From the NCBI RefSeq assembly GCF_009914755.1, contig NC_060927.1: a stretch of DNA of 64,000 nucleotides; one strand, given 5' to 3'. The notes beneath the pieces are model-generated. The model saw only the letters and a program-made list of their open reading frames with translations, was not told the origin of the DNA and did not search any database. Made by a program: the position numbers and the translations under genes. Every line of letters begins with the position of its first letter. The first letter of the stretch is position 1. Source of the DNA: the human T2T-CHM13v2.0 reference genome, Homo sapiens. Below are positions 23,791-35,215 of this stretch, piece after piece.

Positions 23791-24703
23791 TTCTCGTGCT
23801 ATGAGGCCTAAATAAAGCAACAGCCCCCTCACAGTGGTGAAAATAGCTGCCACAAAACTTATGCTTGTGTCCTAGTAGGCAGACACTCATGTTTGAGGCA
23901 GGCAAGGCAGAGCACAGAGAGATGAGGATTTGGAGTATGCAGCCCTGAGTTAGGCTCCAGGATCTGCCCTTGCCAGCCTCAGTTTTCTCATCTCCAAAAT
24001 GGGGATAATAGCTCCTGTTTCAAATACAGGGTCTAACTCTGATGAGGTAATGCAGGCATCACGGGATCATGAAGATCCCGTGAGCTCTGTGTGTGAATGG
24101 TAAGGTTCTGAATTCACACTAGTTATTATCCTGAATAAATAATGCCTAAGCTCAAAAAGTGTTTGTAGTATTGCCTAGAACTTAGACTAAAGCCTCTAAA
24201 TTTGTGTCTGATATTTCTAAATGGCTACTCTAGACCACAGGCATGTTTTGTCCTGCCAGCTCATGACAGTAAGATCATCTTATGCAGTGTCTACTCATTC
24301 CTGTCTGGTCAACTTTTTGCTTGAAATCCCTGATCTCAAGTCTACCTGACCCTGTCTTGGCCTTTGATCCTCTCTGAGGTGGTAATATCTGCTCGTAGGA
24401 AAGCATCCCACAGACTTCTGGAATTCAGAAAGTCTCTGTGATCCACAGCCAGGGTCCCTGAGTAATTCCTACCCTCACAGAGCCACAGGGATTGCTGCAG
24501 TCACCTGTTCCCTGCCATCTTCCCTCCTCATGTCTGAAAGTGTCTTGCATTAAGCAGCTGTCATATGCAAGAGGAGGCTGAGTCACAGAAATATGAGTTT
24601 CACTCATTCCCAGGAAACTTCATTTGCAGACTCTTGAGCCTATAGAATTAATAGCATGAGGAATTAATTGACGCACTAGACCCCTCCAGGCTGCAGTGTG
24701 TGC

Positions 24704-24737
24704 TAGTGACCCCTGCTGGCCAAGTGGGACACTGCAG
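24704..24737 (-). promoter_or_regulatory. Candidate CTCF site, core plus upstream (ZF9-11) module
   Basis: Minus strand reads CTGCAGTGTCCC-ACT-TGGCCAGCAGGGGTCACTA; core has one G>T departure from TGGCCASCAGRGGGCRCTA. Confidence 0.6.
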
Positions 24738-25884
24738 GCTGCCTCTACTAGACACTGCCAATAACCAGAGAAGGGGAAAGGAGCTTTGGCAGTGAAGTCA
24801 AGGCTACCTCAGGCCTAACAGCATTTCCCATGGGGGAGGGGATCAGGCACCAAAGAGCAGGCATATTCTGCTGAAAGTGGCCAACTTTGGAAAATTGAGT
24901 TCTTTCATGCATTCAGCAGCCCTTTACTGAGCAGCCACCATATTCTTTGTGTGGACTCAGGACTAACAGCCCCTTCCCTGGAGTGTTCCTACTCTTAGGA
25001 GGAGAGGTGTCCATACGCTTCTGGACAGGAGTAAGTTCACAGGGAGATGCTGTTCTGATTCTGACCTCCTGTTCCTAGCCGTCTTCCAGCCAGTTAGAGT
25101 TCTTCAGTGTGGCAGTGAGCAAGTCTGCCCACTCCTTGGGCCTCGGTTAGCCACTGGTAGAATGGCAAAGAAATGAGACCCAGAGAGGGAATGTGATTTG
25201 CCCAAGATTCCCCTAGAACTCTGTATTCCCATCTCATAATCAGTCCCCTGCACCATCTCAAGCCGTTAAAAAGCAAATGAGCTTGGGCCCCTCATTACCC
25301 ATTAGGGAGAAAAGTCAGCCTTTGTTGCCAACTCTGGCCACTTCTCTCTCATTTTTAAATAATGCCCACTTTGTGAGGGATACTGGAAAGAGTAACACAT
25401 GCAGCACTCTCTGAGCATCCAGCGTGGCTCAAGTGTCAGAGCCACTTCACAGGAAACCATATGGCAGGATGTGCCATGGACTGAGTGCTGGGGAAGTACT
25501 GCAGGCAGGAATAAGAACTGTTTATGGAGCACCTGCTGCGTTCCAGGGTCGTGCCTGCATTACCTCATCAGAGCCTCACAACAAATCTAAGAGGTAATTG
25601 TCATTAATCCCATTTTTCATAGGAGAAAACTAGAGTTCAGAACTGTAAATAATGTGCTCTAAGAGATACAAATTACACCTCCTGGCAAGTGGAGGAGCTG
25701 GGTTTGGATCCAGGTTTGCTGGATCTAAATAAGGCCCATGTGCCCAGCCACTTAACCAAGGATGTGGGACTTGAGTTGCACCTTGGGGGATGGGAAGACT
25801 TAGGCAGAGAAGGACATTTGAGATGAGGGAACATCCCGAGTGATGACAGAGGCTTTGGGAGAGCAGGGAACCAGGGTACTCCCC

Positions 25885-26013
25885 ATTCACTGCAGCCTCC
25901 ACTTTCTGGGCTCAGGTGATCCTCCCACCTCAGCCTCCTGAGTAGCTGGGACAACAGGTGTGTGCCACCCTGCCCAGTTTTGTTTTTTTTTTTTGTAGAG
26001 ACAGGGTTTCACC
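25885..26013 (-). mobile_element. AluJ-like fragment
   Basis: cactgcagcctcc...ctcaggtgatcctcccacctcagcctcctgagtagctggga...ttttgtagagacagggtttcacc. Confidence 0.9.
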
Positions 26014-26427
26014 CCAGTCTACTTTCTATAACCCCTCATGTATCTTCACCAATCTCTCTGGCAGAGCAAGATCAGGTAACACCATGCTTATCATGGAATG
26101 GCATCTGATGCTGGTCCCCCCACAGGACAGGAGCTTGGATGAACAAGTGCCCAGCTTGCCCCAGAGTGGGGAGCCATGGGAAAAGGAATACATAGGCATT
26201 GAAGACCTACTCAGTGCTGGAGACCATACCAGACACTTTCCTATGCATTACCTTGCCCTCAACTGCCTTGTAAGTTGGCATGGTGTTCACATTCTACCAG
26301 GAATGAGGAAACAGGCTCAGAGAGGTAGATTCAGCTACCCAAGGTCACAGAGCTGGAAAGTGGTAGAGCCGGGGTAACAGCCCAGGTGTGTCTGGCGCCA
26401 AGGCCCATGCACTTTCCACCGACCACC

Positions 26428-26888
26428 TGTAGTAGTCAGGCTTCTCTAGAGAAACTTCTCTAAACATTGGATAAAAATATATAGAAAGAGACTTATTATA
26501 AAGCATTGGCTCATGCAATTATGGAGGCTGAGAAGTCCCATGATTTACTATCAGCAACATGGAGACCCGGGAAAGTCAACAGTGTAGTTCCAGTCCAAAC
26601 CCAAAGGTTTGAGAGCCAAGAGCACTGACGTGCAATGGCAGGAGAAGATGGATGTCCCAGTTCAAGCAGAGAAAAATTTTCCCTTCACCTTTTTGTTGTA
26701 CTTGGGTCCTCAAAGGATTGGATGACGCCTGTCTGCCTTGGTGAGGGCAGGTCTTGTTTACTAGGTCTACTGATTCAACTGCTAATTTCTTCCGGAAACA
26801 CCCTCACAGAGACGCGAGGAACAATGTGTACCAGCTATCTGCACATTCCTTAGCTCAGTCAAGGTGACACATGAAATTGACCATCACA
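26428..26888 (-). mobile_element. ERVL solo LTR, MLT2B-like
   Basis: Termini TG...CA; minus strand begins tgtgatggtcaatttcatgtgtcaccttgactgagctaagg, like the MLT2B start; internal cattggctcatgcaattatggaggctgagaagtccca. Confidence 0.8.
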
Positions 26889-28328
26889 GCACTGTTGGGA
26901 GCCACTGAGTGTCACCACAGCCATCAGCATTGAGAGGTTACTCAAGGCCATAGAGAAGCTATGGATGGTGGTGGAGGCCATGTGGGGAAGGTCTGAGGGT
27001 CTTCAGGGGCCTTGGAATGCCTTTGGTGACACTAGGGACCTCTGGAAACCTTCACAATTTCCCAGAAAACGATAGAAGGCCATGAGAGTTCACTGATAAA
27101 GACAAGGGGATGTTAAAGCCAGTGAGAGGCATTGGAAGTACCTGGGAACCCCCAGAGACCTGAAAGAGATGTTGCAAGGGGAGAGGGCCTGGAGACCCAG
27201 TAGAATTATGTGGAGCCATTTGGGAGTTACGAGAGACTGGGAGTGACAGGAGTATATGAGAGTCATAACGGCTACTGAAAAAAAAAAGGAGGCTCATTGG
27301 GGAGCATTAAGAGGTGCTGAGAGCCATCAAGAGTTATAAAAAATATCAGGGCTCTTGGTCATGACTGGGGGGTATTTTAGTCATCCAGAGTCCTAGGGAG
27401 TACTTGGGGTCACCTTGGGGGGCCCTGCCTGGGGGAGCAATATGCAGGATGTAGCCTTGAGGAAAGGGGAGGAGGGTAGCTCAGAAATGCTCTTACAGCG
27501 GGGCGCAGAGATGGGGGAGCTGGAGCCAACACGAATAAAGGGGCCGGATGCCCAGCTGGCAGAGATGGAAAAGCCAGGCCAGAACTCCGCAGACCACGAG
27601 AGGCGGCCGGCAGGTACATGATGGGACAAGGACTTTTTGACCTTGATCTTCCTAGGCTTGTACAGGCCTGAGTTTTCTTGAGATTCCCAACCTGGGTGTG
27701 CCAGATCCCCCATCTGGGTCTAGCCAACACTTGGCTTTTCTTATTCTCCTGGGAATTTTCTCTGCCGTTCTTTTCAAAGCCAACCATTCCTGAAGTGAGG
27801 AGGCTCTTGTAGCCCAGGCTGAGCCAGGAACTCAGCCCCCCACCAAAGGCAAAGGATTTAGGGGAAACCTAACAGAGGAATCTGGGCCTGAGCTCTGGGA
27901 GCCCCTGGTCAGATGATGGAGAGAGGGGCAGAGGACCGTGTAGAGTGAAGGCAAGTGTTATTTATTGAGCACCTACCATGCACCTCGGATGAGGTGGGTG
28001 TTTTCCATAATCCTCAAACCAACCACTGGAACTGTGATTTGTTCTCATTTTACAGATGTGCACACAGGCTCGGAGAGCTAAAAGGAGGAACTTGCCCAAC
28101 ATCACACAGGCTGTGCCGGAATTCAAAGCCAGGTGGATCAAACCCAGAATTCTTGGCTTTTTCCCTCTATACCAGGCAACTATTGGCTTGGCCCAGGTCT
28201 CTAGCAGGGAAGAATGAGCCCTGAGCCTTCCTGCCCTTATCCACTCTCCCCCACCCCCACCCCTCCATCCCAGTCCTGGGCTCAGAGGGGCCTGTGGCTG
28301 GCAGATCCAGGCTCTGTTAGCAGCAAGT

Positions 28329-28347
28329 CAGCCACCAGGTGGCGCTG
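28329..28347 (+). promoter_or_regulatory. Strong CTCF core motif
   Basis: CAGCCACCAGGTGGCGCTG matches CCACCAG(G/A)(G/T)GGCGC at all high-information positions; CpG retained. Confidence 0.75.
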
Positions 28348-30049
28348 CTGCTAAACCCAAGCCCCCTCCCTGTGGTCCTGGCTCAGGCCAGTGAGGTCAG
28401 GACTAGAGCTGGGACCCCACAGTTGAGACTAGAGGATCCAGAGGTCTCACTCTGGGTGCCCAGATGGGGGACAGAAAGGCTGCCCTTGTCAAACGCGCAC
28501 AATTCATCCTTCTCACCCTGCCCCATCCCTAGCTCACGTTTGCAGCACTACCCTAACAGCCAGAAGTGAGGGTTCTTAACTCTCTCACTCCTTTGCTGTG
28601 TGACCTTGGGCAAGTGACTTTGCCTCTCTGACTTCAACGTCCTCTTCTGTACAAGTGGACAGAATAAGCCACTCAGGGGTGCCGAGAGGATGAGATGAGA
28701 TGATGGTGTGTGTCAAGCGTCCGGCACACAGGGAGAACATGGCTCTCCCAGTGAGCCTCCTTCCTCGGGTCCATGGTCAGAAGGGCCCCAGCCGGTGTCA
28801 GGAGACCTGCACCCTAGCTCTGAATTCGCTGTGTGCCTTCAAAAAAGACATGCTGCCTCTCCAAGTCTCGGTTTCCTCATCTGTAAAGTGGCACTAATCA
28901 CAGGAACTTTCTTTTTGGTTATTCTGAGGATGAAATGAGAACATGGCTATATGGCATTTGTTTTATAAAGCCCCACATGATCAGGAAAGGTGATTATTGA
29001 AAGCATTTCTGCAGCAGCTTTCAGGGGGTGGGATTGGGTGAATGTGTAAATAGTGGTGAGGTGGGAGAGGTGACCGGGCACATGGGACAGGCTGCGGGTT
29101 TTGCTCTGTGTACCTACAATGACACAGGCCCCTTGTGCCACACCCTACTTGGCATCTTCCCGGCCATGCCCCAAGCCCCTATCTTGCTCCATCTATCCTG
29201 GAGTCTTGCCCCAACCCGTTTAAACACAAAAATGTCTGAGTGCCTGCACGGAACAAAGACGAGAGGCAGAACACGGAAATGTCGATTGTGATTATCTCTG
29301 AATGATAAGGTTTGGGCTGATTTTTATTTTCTCCTTTTTCTTTTATTTTTTCTGTACCATCTAATTTTTTTTTAACAAAGAACATCTATTGCTTTTATAT
29401 TCCAAAAACCAGAATCAATAAAGCTATTTTTAAAAATCCTTTCCTTGCCATCAAGAGGTTGGTTATAAATGAAGGCTCCAGAGAAAGAAACAATGATTCT
29501 CCTGTGGCTGGAAGATGTGGCCAGAGGGAGATGGGAGGGGAGAGGAGGCGTCACCACGTAAGCTGCCTTCAGTCCTGTCTCCAGCCTCCCCTGGGAAGCC
29601 AAGGAAGAGGCAGATGCAGCAGGACCCCTCCTCCGGGCCACAGAGCTCCCCGTAACATTTATGGGCCAGCATTCCAGGGGCCTTGAGCTTGCCGCTTGTC
29701 TCTGGGAGCTCGTCATGGTTGTTGAAGGAAGAAGGGAGCAAACAAGCCAGGAAGCCATGCTTGGTTGAGGGCTGACTATGTTCTAAGTGCTGCCACCTCT
29801 ATTAACTCATCAGACCTCCCTCCCCACACTCCCCTGTTGAGGGAGCTGGGATTATCAGCCCAGTTTACAGATGAGAAAACTGAGATATGAACTTACATAT
29901 CTGACTGCCTTCTGGATCTCTCCTCTTGAACATCCATTCAGCATCTCAAACCCAATTTTCCCAACTGAATTCACCTCCTCCAATCCTTACCCCCGCCCAG
30001 CCTATTCCTTCCTATCTCAGTAAGTGACACCGCTGTCCAACCACTTCCT

Positions 30050-30760
30050 TTATTCGGCAAATATTGATGGAGCATCATCTATGGCCCTGCCCTCGGGGAG
30101 CTCGCACTCTCGCCAGAGGAGACAAGAACACGGACATTTTGGAAAGTAAAATTATGCAGTGTGACAGAAGATGATAAATTATCTGGCTAAAAATAAGGTA
30201 GGGAAGAGGTATAGGAAGGGTCAGAATGGGGAGGTTGGAATTTTAAACAGGCTGGTCAGGGAAGGCCTCATGGGGAAGGTGAAGGAGGGCGGCGGTGGCT
30301 GTCCCAAGAGGAGCATCCAGGCACAGAGATCGGTGTGTGCAAAGGCCCTTGGGTGGGCGCTTATCTGCAGTGTTCCCAGGCAGCTAGGAGGCCAGGGTTG
30401 CTGATGCAAAGTGAGCAAAGGGCACTGGTGGAAGGGGAGGCCAGAGAAGTGGTGGGCAGATCACAGAGAGCCCCGAGGCCAGTGCAGATGTGCAATGAGG
30501 ATGAGTGAGGGTTCTCAGCAGGAAAGGGACCTGCTCTGATTCCTGTTTTAATAAGGCCCCTCGGGCTGCTGGCAGGGGCTTGGGTGGAAGCATGGAGACC
30601 AGGGAGGAGGCTGTTGTCCTCCAGGAAAGAGATGATGGTGGCTGTACCAGAGAGAAGGGGATTCGGGATCTGATTCTGGGTATATTTTGAAGGTAAACCA
30701 GCAGGGTTTCCTGGTGGATTGACAGAGAGAGGAGTTGAGGATGACTGAGGTTTGGGGCCA
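30050..30760 (-). mobile_element. L2 LINE fragment
   Basis: ggctggtcagggaaggcctc ... gaggaggctgttgtcctccaggaaagagatgatggtggc ... gggtatattttgaaggtaaaccagcagg. Confidence 0.8.
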
Positions 30761-32779
30761 ACTTGTCAAGCGAGAAAACCTCCTCATTCCCCGCATTCAA
30801 TCCACCGGTGAGTCTCATTGGCTCTTCCTCCTTTAAACCTCTCAAGTCCACTCACTCCCTCCACCCCAGCCACTGCTTTGACCTCCCATCATCCCCTGGA
30901 CTGCTGTTGCCTCCTCCTGGCCAGCTTTCCCTGCCTTCTCCGCCAACGTGCCTTCCCCTCAACCCCTGTGGTGGGGCGGTTCATGCCTGTTAGCACTCAT
31001 GGCAGACCTGAGCCAGAGCCCACCACTGTCAGGGAACTTCCCTTCTGCCTGAGAGTTACCACCCCAAAAGGAAATCAGGGGGCCAACAGATGGGGGATGA
31101 TGCTGGCTCACCAAAAACCCACCATGTCCACCACCAGGGCCAGCTGCATGACAACCAGGCATCGTTCAGCAGGGAGAGGAAGGAGGCCCCAGGGTCGGCA
31201 AAGGCTGGGCCTTTGAAGAAGTTCATAGCTCAGCGTGGTCTCTGGCATCTCAAAGGTGTGGATCTGAATCATGGCTCTATCTCTTACACCATCTGGGTGA
31301 CCTTGAGCAAGTCTCTTCACCTCTCTGAGCCTCCCTTTGCTCATCTGCAAATTGGAACCAATAATCTCTGAGCCTCAAGATTTTTGCAAGACCTGGGAGT
31401 TCCATTAGGGTGTTGGCTTACGTTAACCTAAAACAGTGCCTCCCAGGGCCTGATGGGCCCCCATGAAAGGAATGGACACAGCTTTGGAGCCAGACAGACT
31501 GGATTCCCATCCCAGCTCAGCTGAGTGACCTTGGGCAAACCTCTTCCTCTCTGAGCCTCCATCTCCTCCCCTGCAAAACAGAGCCCCCGTCTCACAAAAG
31601 AAGCAGGTGTACATGCACCCAGCACACAGTAGGTACTCAGCCACCATGCTAGAGAGTTTGGACTTCACCCTGGAGGCAGCTGGACCCATTGCTCCCACGC
31701 CCCACTTCCTGGGCCAGGGCAGCTGCAGGCCTGATGGGGTGTTTTTATCTCCAAGCCGCAGTGGGCTCCGCAGAGCTCGGCAGAGTCCCTGGGCGCATGG
31801 ACAAAGAGCTGTTGTTCCCTCGAATCTAAAATTGCCTCCCTCTGATTGCCGCTATACAAACCCAGGCGGCTGCTCGCTTCCCCCATCCAGTTGGGTCTAT
31901 TTCAAGAACACGCTGATTAGCGCTGATTGCGCCTTGATTGTGGCGGGCGCCTTGCCCAGCCCCCTCCCCGTGTGCGGAGTACATGCTCCTGCTCCCCCAC
32001 CACGGCTCCTGCTGTCACCCAGGGGCCACCAGACCAGAAGACCGGGCGAGTGGTGCAGCACACATGAGCTAGGGTCCTCATTCTTCCTTTGGGCAGATGA
32101 CCTTCCCTCTCTCAGATCTCTACTTCGTCCTCTGCAAAATCCTTCTGGGCTCAGAAGGGTATGGAATAAAATAGCATGTGGAGGAATGTGGCTTTCATGG
32201 TGGGCATTTAGACACTGTGACGGGTCGGTGGCCAGGGGAAGTGGCTCTTCAAAACACCCCATCACACACACACTTGGACACACATATGCACACACATGCA
32301 GACACACACACAAACTCACAGATGCCATTCATGCCTCTGGCTGCACTTGAGGCCACCCTTGGTAGGGGCGGGATGGAGCTTTAATAATTAGACTTCGCTG
32401 CACTGGGCATCTGACACTTGCCTTGGGCACGTCATCCACGCAAACCCCACAACCATCTTTTCAGCACATATTTTGTGCCCATTTTGCAGATGAGGACCCT
32501 GAGGTTAACGGAGGTAATGTGACTTGCCTCGCGTCTCGCAAAGAGGGAATGGTGATGTCAGGATTTGACCCAAGCTCCGTGTGAGGCAGAAGCCAGTGTT
32601 CCCACCACCCCATAGCCTGCTCGGGGTTTGCGCCCGTTTGAATGGAAACTATGAGTGGGAACAGCTTATGAGACATCTTATGCTGGTTATTTTTACTGCA
32701 TTCATCCTGTGTGATCCTGGAAAAGTCTCTTCTCCTGGTGGGGCCTGTTTCTTCCTCTGTAAAATAGGGTGCCCCTGGT

Positions 32780-32912
32780 CATGGACTGATTCTTGGACTT
32801 TCCTGGAAGCACATTTCAAAAATGCAGATTCTCAACTATGTCCTTAGAGGTCTGGAATCAGTAGGCCTGGGACGGGCCCAGGAATCAGTATTTTAAGACA
32901 CTCTCCCGGTAA
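32780..32912. mobile_element. MER5A-like hAT MITE
   Basis: aaaatgcagattctc ... tggaatcagtaggcctgggacgggcccaggaatcagtattttaa. Confidence 0.7.
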
Positions 32913-32999
32913 CAGTGGGCACCAGAGGGACAGTGGTTTGGGAAAAGTCTCCTCCCTGGCGAGTTAAGCCTCCTCCCTGGCAAGATGGTGAGTTAAGCC

Positions 33000-33600
33000 A
33001 TCTTGTCGCCCAAGCCAGAAACCCAAACATCAATCAATCCTGTCCCAGACTCCCTCGTGCAACTGCAATCATTGTAAGATCTACCTGTTTACTCTCAAAG
33101 GGGCCTCTCTGCACCCCTGCTGCCTCCTCACTCACCCAGCCCAAGCCCCATCACCCCCACACCTGGACCACTTCCGGGGTCTCCTTCCGGGACTCCCTGT
33201 GGCCGCAGTGCACACCCCCACCCTCCACTTTGGTCCATTTTCTACACAGCAGATAGAATGATCTTGAAATGCAAATCTGGGCACCAGCCCTGACCATTCC
33301 CAGCTTAAACCATCAATGGCTCCCTATTGCTGCAGGTATTAAGATTAAACCCTACATAGTGGCCTACAAGGCTCTGCAGAGACTGGCCCCTCTCCCTCTC
33401 CAGCCTCATTTTACACCACTAACTCCCTGGTCTTCTCTCAGACTTAAGATTTTAATCCACTCTGCGCCTGTCCACCAGAGGGCCTCTGCCTTGCCGTGTT
33501 TCCTTCCTGGATAGAGGATCTTGTCTCCCTTCTTCTAGTTAACTCTGGCCCATTCATTAGACTGAGCTCAGCCCTCACTTCCTGGAACTATCCTGAGACG
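33000..33600 (+). mobile_element. L2 LINE 3' fragment
   Basis: ccatttctacacagcagatagaatgatcttgaaatgcaaatctg ... caatggctccctattgc ... ggcctacaaggctctgca. Confidence 0.75.
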
Positions 33601-34029
33601 AACTCTGCTGTTCCGGGGGTACTGAGCTCCCCGCATAGGGAAAATGCAATCTAATTCTGCATATCTGCCTGACAGGAGATCATGGAGAAGATGGCTGCTT
33701 TGGGTCTGAGCCCTGGATCCTTCTCCCTCCTTAGGAGAGCCTGTGGTTCTCTAGGACTAGGGAGCCGTGCCCTCCTGTGATGGGGGGAGTCAGGGGGGCA
33801 GCGGAGACCTGGCCTGGGTCCTTGGAATCCCAGGCAGCCTAAGCCAAGGCCTGTTGGCAACAGCAGGAGCTCCAGAGCTCTGGCTCAGGGACTGGAGTTC
33901 TCATTGGATTTTCCACTTGGCCCCCAGGTCCTGGGCAGCGCTAGGAGGTGGCATAATCTGAAGACCTCTGACTCCTGGTTGGTAGGTCCTTGCAGCCTCA
34001 GGGGCTTCTGAGGGGCACGCATCAGTTCC

Positions 34030-34340
34030 CTCCCCTCCGCTGTCTACTCCTGGGAGAGCCCTTCTCTCTCAGGCATCTCCCACCCCTTTCCCACTCCCTT
34101 CATCTGTCTCACTGCCTCTTTTTCTCTTCAACACCTCTGCTCCTCTCCCACCTCTCCCTCTCCCCTCCTCTCCCTCCTCCCCATCCCTACTCCCCCAGGC
34201 TCCTTCCTTTCCTCTCCACACTCCTGCTGCCTCAACTTCCTCCTCCCCTCTTTAGGCGCCTCTCCCTGTCTGCTACCTCCATGCTGCTTATCTCCCCACC
34301 TCAAACTCTCTCTTTCTCTCTCTCTCACACTCCACTCTGT
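34030..34340. repeat. CT-rich low-complexity (polypyrimidine) tract
   Basis: About 300 bp almost entirely C/T, e.g. cctctccctctcccctcctctccctcctccccatccc. Confidence 0.85.
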
Positions 34341-34549
34341 GCACCATACTGAGGAGGCCTGCAAGCGCCCTGCAGCCCTTGGGGATGTGGCTCCGACATT
34401 CCATCCTGAGGAAGAAGAGGAGGAGGGAGACGTGGCTTTCAGAAGTCCCTCCTTGCTGTCCTGGAGCAGAGCAGAGCACCTGGGGAGTGGGGAGGAGGCC
34501 TGGGCTGTGGTGAAAGGAGGCTCAGAACAAAACAGGGACTTAGGGGGGT

Positions 34550-34750
34550 CCAGAGCACAGGCTCTGGAGTCACACAGGCCTGGGTTCAAATCCTGGCTCT
34601 GCCACTTCCTGGCTGTGTGACTCAGGGCAAGTCACTTGAACTCTCTGGGCCTCAATTTCCCCATCTGTAAAATGAGGATGAAGCTAGTTCCTGCCTCCTG
34701 GGGTTATTGTGAAAATCCAGGGAACTCATGCAAAGTGCTTGACACCAGGC
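34550..34750 (+). mobile_element. MIR SINE
   Basis: gctctggagtcacacaggcctgggttcaaatcctggctctgccacttcctggctgtgtgactcagggcaagtcactt ... catctgtaaaatgagg. Confidence 0.88.
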
Positions 34751-35198
34751 CAAAAATACAGGGGGCGATCAGTATCATGAATAGGGAGTCAGGGACTGGC
34801 CTTGGCCCCAGACTTCACATCTGGGAACTGGGCTGGGCATCTGAGCCATGCATTTCTAAATGAACCCTCAGAGGAAGGAGGGGGGTCCAGGGTTAAGACT
34901 CCACACCTGCCATCACGGTGAGGACTGGAATGACTTGCTGCCATATTGTTCCAGTGCCGAGAAAGGTGAGGCCACTGGCCCCAAATCTCACAGCACGCTT
35001 AGCAAGGCCAGCACTTGGACTCAGTGGCGTGGCTCCTCCAAACCTGTCTCCCTCCATCACCTGGAATTGGGTCCCAACTCTGGGGATCCTCCTGAGGTTG
35101 GCACAGATGGGCTCTTCAGGGCCCATGTGTGGGATGTGGGAGACAGACAGGATGTTTGCCCAGACTCCGGGATTCTGCAGACCCCCGCCCCCTACCCC

Positions 35199-35215
35199 CT
35201 GTTGCTAGGCAACAG
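35199..35215. promoter_or_regulatory. RFX X-box palindrome
   Basis: CTGTTGC-TAG-GCAACAG, core GTTGCTAGGCAAC at 35201-35213. Confidence 0.6.

Noticed and set aside
31607-32350. 247-aa ORF over the CpG-rich element
   Set aside because: GC-rich stop-poor sequence running into MIR and CA repeat; no protein-like features
33469-33487. CTCF-like TGTCCACCAGAGGGCCTCT, and partial matches near 11905 and 43065
   Set aside because: Each lacks either the 3' GC/AC or the 5' CC part of the core, and the first sits in an L2 remnant; too weak without ChIP data
33990-34589. Pro/Leu-rich and Glu/Arg-rich ORFs
   Set aside because: Products of the CT-rich low-complexity tract
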